A DNA stretch of 26,983 bases, taken from NCBI GenBank assembly GCA_044345055.1, contig JBIJBT010000033.1:1-26983 (forward strand). The letters are read 5' to 3'. Below, in pieces: positions 17,889 to 25,890 of the stretch (position 1 is the stretch's first letter; the number at the start of each line of letters is the position of its first letter). The notes beneath the pieces were generated by a model that had not been told where the DNA came from, did no database searches, and saw only the letters and a list, made by a program, of their open reading frames with translations. Position numbers and translations under genes: made by a program. This DNA is from Bdellovibrionota bacterium (GTDB taxonomy: Bacteria > Bdellovibrionota_C > UBA2361 > OMIW01).

Positions 17889-18109
17889 TGACAGCTGAAA
17901 TTGGGTATTATTCTGGGATTGTTAGGTGAGCGGATTAGCTGAGCATCCGGTTAGAGTGTTTTACGACACCAAAAGGAAGGTAGTGTCTTAGAGAGGTCGG
18001 TAACTGATATTTTTTGTTGGTATGCTTAGGCTGCTGTTGCCATTTTGGTTAAATCAGCGGTTTAAGTTTAGGACATTTTTTCATTTTAGTGCTTACTGGG
18101 AGATTGGGC

Positions 18110-20164
18110 ATGATAGCATCCAGGTCAGCCAAGCGGGCCACAGCAAGATGGTTGGTTAGCAAAGGGCTGCAGGCGACTTCGGTAGTCGGCGCATCCGCGC
18201 TCATATTCGGGGGATGTGCTCCAGCGGGAGATCAAGTTAAGCGAACATCTCCGGATGCTTCAGTAGCGATTGCCACTGAAGCGATTGCACCTGAGAAGGT
18301 CGATACTTCGGTTCAGGGAATGGATGTCGCATCGGTGGTCGCCTCTCCGGTTGAGATGGCCCAATCGCTGAAAGAAGCAGAGGCGATCGTAGGCAAGCCG
18401 ATTTTGACTGCTCTCGATCTTAAAGAAGCAAGTCCCGACGGCAGCGAAGTTCGAGCAGTGCTATCCGAATCGACCCGCTACGAACTTCTTAGAACTGCTC
18501 CATCAGAATTTGTTCTCAAACTACCTGGTGCTGATGTAGGTGAACAGATAGCAGCAAGCCTTATAGCGAAAGAAGGGGCTGGCTCGATCAAGTCGGTTCG
18601 ATCGGTATCTGGTGACGAAGGGGTTGAGTTAAGAATTTTTGTAAATCCGCAAGCAAACCTAGTTGCGTTACGGGATGGATCAAACTTAACGGTTCGAGAC
18701 ATCGGGTTAGTTGCTGATGAAAGTGCGCTAGCTCAGGCAAAAGAAGAAGCTGGAACGGCATCAAAAACAGAAGCAGCCGCAAAGAGCAATCCAAAAGAGG
18801 AAGAAGGGGTAGCAGCTGATGTGACGGCAGCTACAGGGGAGGGAGACAACATCGACGAATCGATAGCAAAATTCCTCGATGAAGGGCCGCAATACTCCGG
18901 AAGGCTCATATCTCTAGATCTTCAAGATACTGATATAGATAACGCGCTCCGCATTATTGCTGAGGTCTCAAACCTCAACATAATCGCCTCTGAGGAGGTT
19001 TCGGGGAAGGTAACGCTTCGTTTAAATGATGTCCCGTGGGACCAAGCTCTTGATGTTATCCTCAAGACAAACGGCTTGGACAAAGTTCAGGAAGGCTCAG
19101 TCGTTAGAATCGCTCCGTTTGAAAAGTTGAGACTAGAGCGAGAAGGACTTCGTCAGGCGCAACAGGCAGCTGAAGAGCTTGAACCGCTCAGCGTTAAATA
19201 CTTCAGAGTCTCTTATGCGAAAGCAGCTGAGCTAAAGCCTTTACTCGACAAAGTTGTTAGCGAGCGAGGCCAAGTTGTATTTGACGAACGTAGCAACCAG
19301 GTCATCATTCGCGACATTCAGCGAGGTCTTCGCAATTCCGCGCAGATGATAAAGAAGCTCGATCTGAGAACTCCACAGGTGCTGCTCGAGACTCAGATTG
19401 TTGAAGCACGTCGGAACTTTTTAAGAAATCTGGGTAGTCAAACTGGCTTCCGATATGTGCAGGCCCCTGAAATTGGAAACGGAACAGGGTATGTATTTCC
19501 AAATTCGATTGATATTGGAGGAGTCGTTAGCAATGCAGCGTCCGGAGCTAATCCAATATCGTTTTTGTTCGGAAGCGCGGATGGTTCGCGAACTTTGACT
19601 GAGGTATTGACTGCTGAGGAGCAAGAGGGCCGAGTCAAAGTGGTGAGCAAGCCGGCGGTGGCAACGCTGAATAACAAGCCGGCGACCATCAAGAGCACTG
19701 TGGCTATTCGAATTCGTATCCCACAAGGTGGGAACGTAGTTTCGACGGGTCAGACAGGAAGTTTGACCGGCGGGGCCCAGGTTGCTACGGAAAAGGTGGA
19801 GACGGGGATTATTCTTGAGGTTACGCCGCAAGCTTCTCCCGACTACTACGTGTTCCTCGATATAAAAGCAAAATCAAGTACTCTAGGTCCGCCAATAGTT
19901 GATACTATTCCGTCTGAAATTGAGCGGGCCACAAACTCATCCGTTCTGGTGTCGAGTGGTCAGACCTTCGCGATGGGGGGTGTGTATAAGATTAGTGAGA
20001 CTGGCAGCAATAACGGATTGCCTTGGTTTAAGGACATACCGGTTCTCGGTACCTTCTTTAGATCAACGGGTATAGATGATTTTGAAGAAGAAATTCTATT
20101 TTTCATCACACCGCGGATAGTTGAGGGTAGTTTTGACGACGACTCAATGAAGGCATCGCTTTAG
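18110..20164 (+). CDS. pilQ: Type IV pilus secretin PilQ with N-terminal lipobox and one AMIN-like domain
   Basis: N0 domain YSGRLISLDLQDTDI...VSGKVTLRLNDVPWDQALDVIL; N1 domain SYAKA...DERSNQVIIRD; secretin domain PQVLLETQIVEA...GLPWFKDIPVLGTFFR...FITPRIV. ATG 18110 has GGGAG 7 nt upstream and is preferred over GTG 18089. Confidence 0.95.
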   Translation: MIASRSAKRATARWLVSKGLQATSVVGASALIFGGCAPAGDQVKRTSPDASVAIATEAIAPEKVDTSVQGMDVASVVASPVEMAQSLKEAEAIVGKPILTALDLKEASPDGSEVRAVLSESTRYELLRTAPSEFVLKLPGADVGEQIAASLIAKEGAGSIKSVRSVSGDEGVELRIFVNPQANLVALRDGSNLTVRDIGLVADESALAQAKEEAGTASKTEAAAKSNPKEEEGVAADVTAATGEGDNIDESIAKFLDEGPQYSGRLISLDLQDTDIDNALRIIAEVSNLNIIASEEVSGKVTLRLNDVPWDQALDVILKTNGLDKVQEGSVVRIAPFEKLRLEREGLRQAQQAAEELEPLSVKYFRVSYAKAAELKPLLDKVVSERGQVVFDERSNQVIIRDIQRGLRNSAQMIKKLDLRTPQVLLETQIVEARRNFLRNLGSQTGFRYVQAPEIGNGTGYVFPNSIDIGGVVSNAASGANPISFLFGSADGSRTLTEVLTAEEQEGRVKVVSKPAVATLNNKPATIKSTVAIRIRIPQGGNVVSTGQTGSLTGGAQVATEKVETGIILEVTPQASPDYYVFLDIKAKSSTLGPPIVDTIPSEIERATNSSVLVSSGQTFAMGGVYKISETGSNNGLPWFKDIPVLGTFFRSTGIDDFEEEILFFITPRIVEGSFDDDSMKASL

Positions 20165-20224
20165 AGAGCCAAGATTGGATAGGGAGCGATCGGAGCTTAC
20201 ATTATATCCAGGAGAACTTACGAG

Positions 20225-20899
20225 ATGGGATCTAAACTAAGAACATTATCTGCGCTGATGCTGGTGCTTGGAATAAATGGATGTGGAGGGGGAGGAGCAA
20301 ATAACGACGCGGGTATGTCGTTTACCCTCAACGGATTCAATGCTATTCAGAACAATGCATGCTCCTCGACCACATTTGTGACTGCCGTTGCGATGCCGAT
20401 AAGTGGAGGAGGTGCTGCCGAGCAATCGGGAGCTGCCGGAGTTTTCTCTTGCTTCAACGTACAAAATAATCTTGTAACTCAATCGGTTAGGGTTGATAGA
20501 GCGTTAATTCGCTACTTTGTCGCCGGAGCCTCATCCCAGCCCCCTTCAACGGTTACAGCAGCAGGTGTTGTACTTGGCGCAGCCAACGGAGCAACATCGC
20601 TTCCAAACGGAAATGGATCTCAACCGGGAACCAAGCCTGGCGGGACATTGCCTTCAGGCGGAACAGGAGGAGCCGGTGGAACTGGTAGCAGTTCGAGTGC
20701 CCCACGTGCTACGGCGGGTTTTGCAGTTGTACCCGCAGCTGTCGGAGAGTGGATATCTTCTCACCGAAGCGAATTGCCTGAGCCGCCCTTTGAGATGATT
20801 GCTTCGGTCACCGTTTCTGGAATTACCAGTGCGGGAAATCGGATAGAGACTAATGAGCTTCCGCTGAGCGTTGTAGTAACAGAAGACAATGTATTCTAG
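20225..20899 (+). CDS. Predicted lipoprotein, beta-rich with a Gly-rich insert (pilQ-linked lipoprotein 1)
   Basis: Signal peptide II MGSKLRTLSALMLVLGING-C20, followed by GGGG. Two further Cys. AGGAG at 20210-20214. Confidence 0.8.
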   Translation: MGSKLRTLSALMLVLGINGCGGGGANNDAGMSFTLNGFNAIQNNACSSTTFVTAVAMPISGGGAAEQSGAAGVFSCFNVQNNLVTQSVRVDRALIRYFVAGASSQPPSTVTAAGVVLGAANGATSLPNGNGSQPGTKPGGTLPSGGTGGAGGTGSSSSAPRATAGFAVVPAAVGEWISSHRSELPEPPFEMIASVTVSGITSAGNRIETNELPLSVVVTEDNVF

Positions 20900-20911
20900 G
20901 GTCGATGCGGT

Positions 20912-20952
20912 TGCGGCTTGTTCGATCTGAAGTCGAGCCGCAGATTTTTGTT
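20912..20952 (+). terminator. Stem-loop with T tract between the two lipoprotein genes (partial terminator or mRNA-stabilising hairpin)
   Basis: TGCGGCTTG (20912-20920) pairs with CGAGCCGCA (20934-20942, one G-U), followed by GATTTTTGTT. Confidence 0.5.
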
Positions 20953-20987
20953 GAACGACCGTTCGGAAAATATTTAAAGGTCACGAT

Positions 20988-22043
20988 ATGAAGACTCTTA
21001 GGCTATCGGTGGTTTTTGCGGCGTCGCTTGTTGGTGTTGGATTTATCGGTTGTGGTGGTGGTAATACAGACGGTGGCACTGAGTCATTCGATGATCAGAT
21101 TTTTGTAGGTGATGACAATACGGTTGGTAGAGTTGAACTAACGCTTAGCTCACCAACGATATCAGTCGGTCGAACTACTACCTTTAACGCCTCTGCGTTT
21201 GATTCGACAGGAGCACCGATTAGAGGTCTTCGAATGGTTTGTGAATCTGAGGGTGGAGTACGTATTTTAGAGCCAGTTGTTGCTGGTACCACACCTCGGT
21301 CCTTCCAGATGACAAACGCCAACGGCGTTGTTGGGGGAGTTATAGGATGCCAGGACGCGGGTACGTATCAATTTGGCTGTCGGATGGCCGTCGGCGGTAA
21401 TCGTAGAAAGTTTGTTGAAGTTCAGTGTACGGGAGAGCGGCCGAATGGATTCGAAGGTTTCCCCGGTTCAGCTGGTGGAAATCTAGGTGGGGGTTCTACT
21501 GATCCGAATTCGCAGAATGCGAATATCAGGATAACGGGAATTAAATTTACTCCGCTGAACGGGGGAGGAACGTCGAGCAATTCCGATCAGATCGATGTTG
21601 TTCGAGGCTCTTGTATCACATGTTCTGATTCGAGTCAGCAGATTGAGCCGTTCTCTGATGACTATGTAACATTAACTGTAAAGTCTTCCTCAACCACGCG
21701 TGTGGCGTTGACGGGTATACGATATGAGGTAGCAGGGATAGGAAAGAGCGAAATACTTCCCGTTACTGCAGAGCTTAGTGCGAATTCTAATGGTGGCAGT
21801 TCGGAGACGACGCTATCGGTTCTGGTTTTTAGAGCAGCGGTACCTTTCAAGGAATTTATTATCGGATCTGGTCGAGAGATCTCCGATGAAACCGGCTTCA
21901 AGGGGGTCACGTTCACCGTATTTGGGGAAACTGCCTTAGGGAAGCAGGTTTCTGCATCTGGTTCGACTACTCTTGCATTCCAGGACTACAATTACTGTCC
22001 GAGCGGGACTGTCCCGAACGAGGCGCTCTGCCCGCAGGGTTAA
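20988..22043 (+). CDS. Predicted Cys-rich lipoprotein with a Big_1/invasin-like Ig domain (pilQ-linked lipoprotein 2)
   Basis: Signal peptide II MKTLRLSVVFAASLVGVGFIG-C22, followed by GGG. Ig-like pattern LTLSSPTISVG.TTTFNASAFDSTGAPIRG...TNANG. Eight further Cys. Confidence 0.8.
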   Translation: MKTLRLSVVFAASLVGVGFIGCGGGNTDGGTESFDDQIFVGDDNTVGRVELTLSSPTISVGRTTTFNASAFDSTGAPIRGLRMVCESEGGVRILEPVVAGTTPRSFQMTNANGVVGGVIGCQDAGTYQFGCRMAVGGNRRKFVEVQCTGERPNGFEGFPGSAGGNLGGGSTDPNSQNANIRITGIKFTPLNGGGTSSNSDQIDVVRGSCITCSDSSQQIEPFSDDYVTLTVKSSSTTRVALTGIRYEVAGIGKSEILPVTAELSANSNGGSSETTLSVLVFRAAVPFKEFIIGSGREISDETGFKGVTFTVFGETALGKQVSASGSTTLAFQDYNYCPSGTVPNEALCPQG

Positions 22044-22063
22044 TTGCTCGAGTATAAGCTATT

Positions 22064-22119
22064 GAGAGGGGGTTTGGCATCCGTGGAGTAATTACACGGG
22101 CTGGCCCCCTCTTTGTTTT
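22064..22119 (+). terminator. Intrinsic terminator closing the pil/lipoprotein run
   Basis: Outer stem AGAGGGGGT / GCCCCCTCT, inner stem CCGTG / CACGG, followed by TTGTTTT. Confidence 0.65.
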
Positions 22120-22135
22120 ATAGGTCGTAGCTTAA

Positions 22136-22534
22136 ATGGACCGAATCCTTGAATTAGAAGCCCTTGTCCTTGCCGACCCCGGTGATTCTGCTTTTGCTGA
22201 GCTTGCTGATATCTATCGACGTAGCGGGGATTATGGAGGGGCCCTCGACCTTTGTTATAACGGCTTAAGCGCTAATCCTGAGTGTCACCTTGGTCGGGTT
22301 GTTCTTGCTCGAGTTTTCTATGAAAGGCTTCAATTTCCCTTTGCGATCAGAGAATTAAGGGAATTAGCCGTATTGGATCCTAAAAACATCTTTGTTTCAA
22401 AATTACTAAGCATGCTTGCTCACTCGGGGGAGCCTTATATCAGCTCTCCCGACTCTGTATCGCGCCCGATGGCGGAAGCAGAGTTTAGCTTTGAAGATTT
22501 GTCAGCTATTGATTTGTTTGAAAAAGACTCGTAG
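22136..22534 (+). CDS. Small cytoplasmic tetratricopeptide-repeat protein
   Basis: TPR pattern DPGDSAFAELADIYRRSGDYGGALDLC..GL..NP....GRVVLARVF...AIREL......DPKN. Acidic C-terminal tail and no signal peptide. Confidence 0.8.
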   Translation: MDRILELEALVLADPGDSAFAELADIYRRSGDYGGALDLCYNGLSANPECHLGRVVLARVFYERLQFPFAIRELRELAVLDPKNIFVSKLLSMLAHSGEPYISSPDSVSRPMAEAEFSFEDLSAIDLFEKDS

Positions 22535-22611
22535 TGTCTGGTCGGTGACTAAATCGAGTCACCGAGTCACGATTCGTGGCACTACTGACCCTTATTTGAC
22601 GTGGTTCAGCG

Positions 22612-23070
22612 ATGGACATAAAAGATATAGAGCAAATTCTAAAAGTCCTCAAGCAATCAGATATTGTTGATTTTGAGCTAGAGCAGGGAGGAACTCGCAT
22701 ACGGCTATCAAGAGGTGCTCCGGTGCCTACAGCGGTTGTGGGCCAGAGCTTGTCGGCTATCGCTGTAGCAGCGGGAGGATACTCAGAGTCTACTTCTTTG
22801 GTAGCAGCGGCCGATCCTGATTCATCTCAGGTTAAGGTGATTTCACCGATGGTTGGTACTTTCTATCGCAAGCCTTCCCCTGATGTTGAGCCGTTTGCTC
22901 GCGAGGGCGATAGAGTTACTAAGGGCCAAACGCTCTGCATCATCGAAGCTATGAAGTTGATGAATGAGATCGAGGCTCCGATTTCCGGCGTTCTTTCTAA
23001 GATTTTAATTGGAGACGCTCAGGTTGCTGAATTTGGAGAGGTCCTCATGCTGATAACTCCTGAAGGATAG
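22612..23070 (+). CDS. accB: Acetyl-CoA carboxylase biotin carboxyl carrier protein
   Basis: MDIKDI N-terminus, Ala-rich linker, SPMVGTFYRKPSP and biotinylation motif EAMKLMNEIEA. Confidence 0.96.
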   Translation: MDIKDIEQILKVLKQSDIVDFELEQGGTRIRLSRGAPVPTAVVGQSLSAIAVAAGGYSESTSLVAAADPDSSQVKVISPMVGTFYRKPSPDVEPFAREGDRVTKGQTLCIIEAMKLMNEIEAPISGVLSKILIGDAQVAEFGEVLMLITPEG

Positions 23071-23282
23071 ACTTTCAGCAGTTTAATCTTTCGAAGATAG
23101 CGGAGGGTAGTTTTGCTTCGATTATGGGAGATGTTTAGTCGGTCGGCTTCTTAGAAAAATCTAAGAGCGCGCGGTAAAAGGACTCTCTTAATACGAGGCT
23201 CGGTTTTTGTAGAGGACAAACGACCTCTTAACTTTCGTGTACCTACGCTCAAATCAAAAAAATCGGTCTGGGATTAGAAGCC

Positions 23283-24653
23283 ATGGGTGAAATTACCTTC
23301 AAAAAGGTGCTAATTGCGAATCGTGGTGAAATTGCGGTTCGTGTAATTCGTGCCTGTCACGAGTTGGGAATTAAGACGGTTGCTGTTCATTCAACAGCGG
23401 ATGAGGATGCGCTTCATGTAAAGCTTGCTTCTGAGAGCATTTGCATAGGCCCAGCAGCAGCTAAAGATAGCTACCTAAATATCGCCTCCATCATGGCCGC
23501 GGCGGTTGCAACGGGGGCCGATGCAATTCATCCGGGATACGGTTTTCTTAGCGAAAATCCCGCTTTTGCTGAGATTTGTGAGAGTTGCGGAGTTACCTTT
23601 ATCGGGCCATCGATTCGAAATATGCGAATCATGGGGGATAAGGCGAAGGCTCGAAGAGCTGCCGAGAAAGCGGGGGTTCCTACCATCCCGGGTGTAAGCA
23701 AAGGACTGACAGATTCTGCGGAAGGGCTTGAGTTAGCTAAAGAGGCGGGGTTTCCGGTTTTGCTGAAATCGTGTGCTGGAGGAGGCGGTCGGGGGATGAA
23801 GATCGTCACCGATCCTGCCCAGTTTGAGCAGCTCTTCGCGATGGCGGCTCGTGAGGTGGAGGCCGCGTTTGGTGATCCATCGCTTCTCGTTGAAAAGTAT
23901 CTCCCGAAAGTTCGTCATATCGAAGTTCAAATCGCGGGAGATTCTCAGGATAATGTAGTTCATCTCGGAATTCGGGATTGTTCAATTCAGCGGCGTTATC
24001 AGAAATTAATTGAAGAGAGCCCCTCGAAGGGGTTGCCGTTAGATCTCCAAGAGGCGATTCAAAATGCAGCCGTAGAGTTGGGACGATCTGTCGGCTATAC
24101 GAACGTGGGTACTGTAGAATTCCTCGCTGATATCGAAGCAGGGGCTTTCTATTTCATCGAGATGAATACCCGTCTCCAGGTTGAACACCCGGTAACAGAA
24201 ATGGTCACTGGTATTGACCTAGTCCAGGAGCAGATCAGATTAGCGGCGGGTCTTCCACTTTCGTTCACGCAGGAACAAATTAAACCAACTGGCCACGTTA
24301 TTGAGGTGAGGGTGAATGCCGAAAATCCTCGGACTCAGGTGCCATCTCCGGGGCTCGTGACTAGTTATCACGCTCCAGGGGGAAGTGGAATTCGCGTTGA
24401 GTCGGCGCTATATTCAGGTTATCGGGTTCCCCCGAATTACGATTCGCTAATCTCCAAGATCATATCGCGTGGAAGGACGCGTGAGGAAGCTATCAAAAAG
24501 CTATTGGTTGCCCTTGATGAGTGTATAATTGAGGGAATACACACCAATATTGAAATGCATCGTCGTCTCCTTACTCATCCGGCCTTTTTAGCGGGAGAGT
24601 TTTCAACTAAATTCCTCGAATATACCGATATCTTTGCTGATGAGCAGGGGTGA
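23283..24653 (+). CDS. accC: Acetyl-CoA carboxylase biotin carboxylase subunit
   Basis: Motifs KVLIANRGEIAVR, IHPGYGFLSEN, GGGGRGM, RDCSIQRRYQKLIEE, EMNTRLQVEHPVTE and YDSLISK. Confidence 0.96.
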   Translation: MGEITFKKVLIANRGEIAVRVIRACHELGIKTVAVHSTADEDALHVKLASESICIGPAAAKDSYLNIASIMAAAVATGADAIHPGYGFLSENPAFAEICESCGVTFIGPSIRNMRIMGDKAKARRAAEKAGVPTIPGVSKGLTDSAEGLELAKEAGFPVLLKSCAGGGGRGMKIVTDPAQFEQLFAMAAREVEAAFGDPSLLVEKYLPKVRHIEVQIAGDSQDNVVHLGIRDCSIQRRYQKLIEESPSKGLPLDLQEAIQNAAVELGRSVGYTNVGTVEFLADIEAGAFYFIEMNTRLQVEHPVTEMVTGIDLVQEQIRLAAGLPLSFTQEQIKPTGHVIEVRVNAENPRTQVPSPGLVTSYHAPGGSGIRVESALYSGYRVPPNYDSLISKIISRGRTREEAIKKLLVALDECIIEGIHTNIEMHRRLLTHPAFLAGEFSTKFLEYTDIFADEQG

Positions 24654-24715
24654 GTCTGTTCGGTGCGATTGGGTTTAGTCCGAGGGCGGAGCGATAATCG
24701 AGAGCGGGTATTCGC

Positions 24716-25726
24716 ATGCGAGAGGTAGTTTCCATAACTGGTGTTATTCGTTGGGCCACCCGTGTCGTACATACGCTTGTTCTTGTTTTTATTTTCTCGC
24801 TCTCATTTGCAAAGGCTGAGCTTCTTGTTACTGCCGATTCTCCGAATCACAATTTTGGGACGATTCGGGAGGGAGATTCGATTACGCACGTCTTCCGAGT
24901 CACAAATCGGAGTGACCAGACGCTTCGTATAAAAAATATAATACCGGGCTGTGGCTGTGTTCGGGTGAAGTATCCGAGGGAGCCAATACCCCCCGGAGTT
25001 GAGATTCCGATGGCGGTAACTTTTCTCAGCGAGGGATTTTCTGGGCCGGTGAGAACAGCTGTTCGAATTGATCTTGATAGTCCCAAAATTTCACATATAG
25101 ATCTTTCACTTCAGGGGCATGTTAAGGCCGCGCTCGCCGTTAAGCCGGAACGGATCTTGTTCCCTGACATTATCCAGTCGCGCGGGTCCGATGTTCAAGA
25201 AGTGGCTGTGTCGGGCATTCGTTCAGCAGATTTCTCGGTTCGTCCTCTCAAGCAATCTGTAAGTATCAGCAATACCTCACGTTCGGGTGAGACCGTATCC
25301 TTTGGAGTGCAAATTTCGCCAGATGCGCCGGTTGGTGAGTTAAGAGAGCGCATCGTCGTTCGAGAGGCGAGCAAAGAAGGCCGGTCAGTTATTATACCTG
25401 TGTTTGCAATTATCAAGCCTGCCCTTGAACTCTCGCGCGCAACTATTACTTTTTTGAATAATACCGGTCAGGCAAAGCTGTCGGAGTCGGTTTTATTAAA
25501 TTATTTTGGACAGGGCTCTATCGGAAATCCTCGGGCCGTTTTTCGGCGAGGTCATCGTGGGATATCCGTTCAAGTCAAAGAGGTTGATCCTGGAAGAACT
25601 TGGGAACTATCATTTTCGATTGATATGCAAAAAGTGGCTGGCAGCCTTGATGAGCTGGTTACTATACTGGGGGATGACGACGAAGGTCCGGCAGCATCAT
25701 TAAGATTACTTCTCCCTGCAAAGTAA
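24716..25726 (+). CDS. Exported DUF1573-domain protein with tandem Ig/PapD-like domains
   Basis: Signal peptide ending LSFAKA. HNFGTIREGDSITHVFRVTN....L.I..I.PGCGC is the DUF1573 pattern. Two further beta-sandwich-like repeats follow. Confidence 0.8.
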   Translation: MREVVSITGVIRWATRVVHTLVLVFIFSLSFAKAELLVTADSPNHNFGTIREGDSITHVFRVTNRSDQTLRIKNIIPGCGCVRVKYPREPIPPGVEIPMAVTFLSEGFSGPVRTAVRIDLDSPKISHIDLSLQGHVKAALAVKPERILFPDIIQSRGSDVQEVAVSGIRSADFSVRPLKQSVSISNTSRSGETVSFGVQISPDAPVGELRERIVVREASKEGRSVIIPVFAIIKPALELSRATITFLNNTGQAKLSESVLLNYFGQGSIGNPRAVFRRGHRGISVQVKEVDPGRTWELSFSIDMQKVAGSLDELVTILGDDDEGPAASLRLLLPAK

Positions 25727-25890
25727 GCGGAGAGATGCTGACGATTGTGTGTGACTATCGGTTTAAGATGACGGCACTGTATCGAGACACCAATCGTTTC
25801 CGTGAAGAGAGCCGACAGCGGTCGTATGTAAATCTCTTGGTGAAAGAGTTTAAAAAACAACCGAACTCCTTAATTTCATTTCGTCTCTTC

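Noticed and set aside
20607..20700. Gly/Thr-rich low-complexity stretch in lipoprotein 1 as a DNA repeat
   Set aside because: Codons vary (GGA/GGC/GGG/GGT); it is a protein-level flexible linker, not a nucleotide tandem repeat.
22136..22534. TPR protein as the PilF/Tgl pilotin
   Set aside because: No signal peptide or lipobox, short, and located after the terminator.
22531..22585. tRNA or CRISPR repeat interpretation of the multi-stem element
   Set aside because: Too short, no properly placed T-arm or acceptor stem with CCA, and no regularly spaced repeat-spacer units anywhere in the window.
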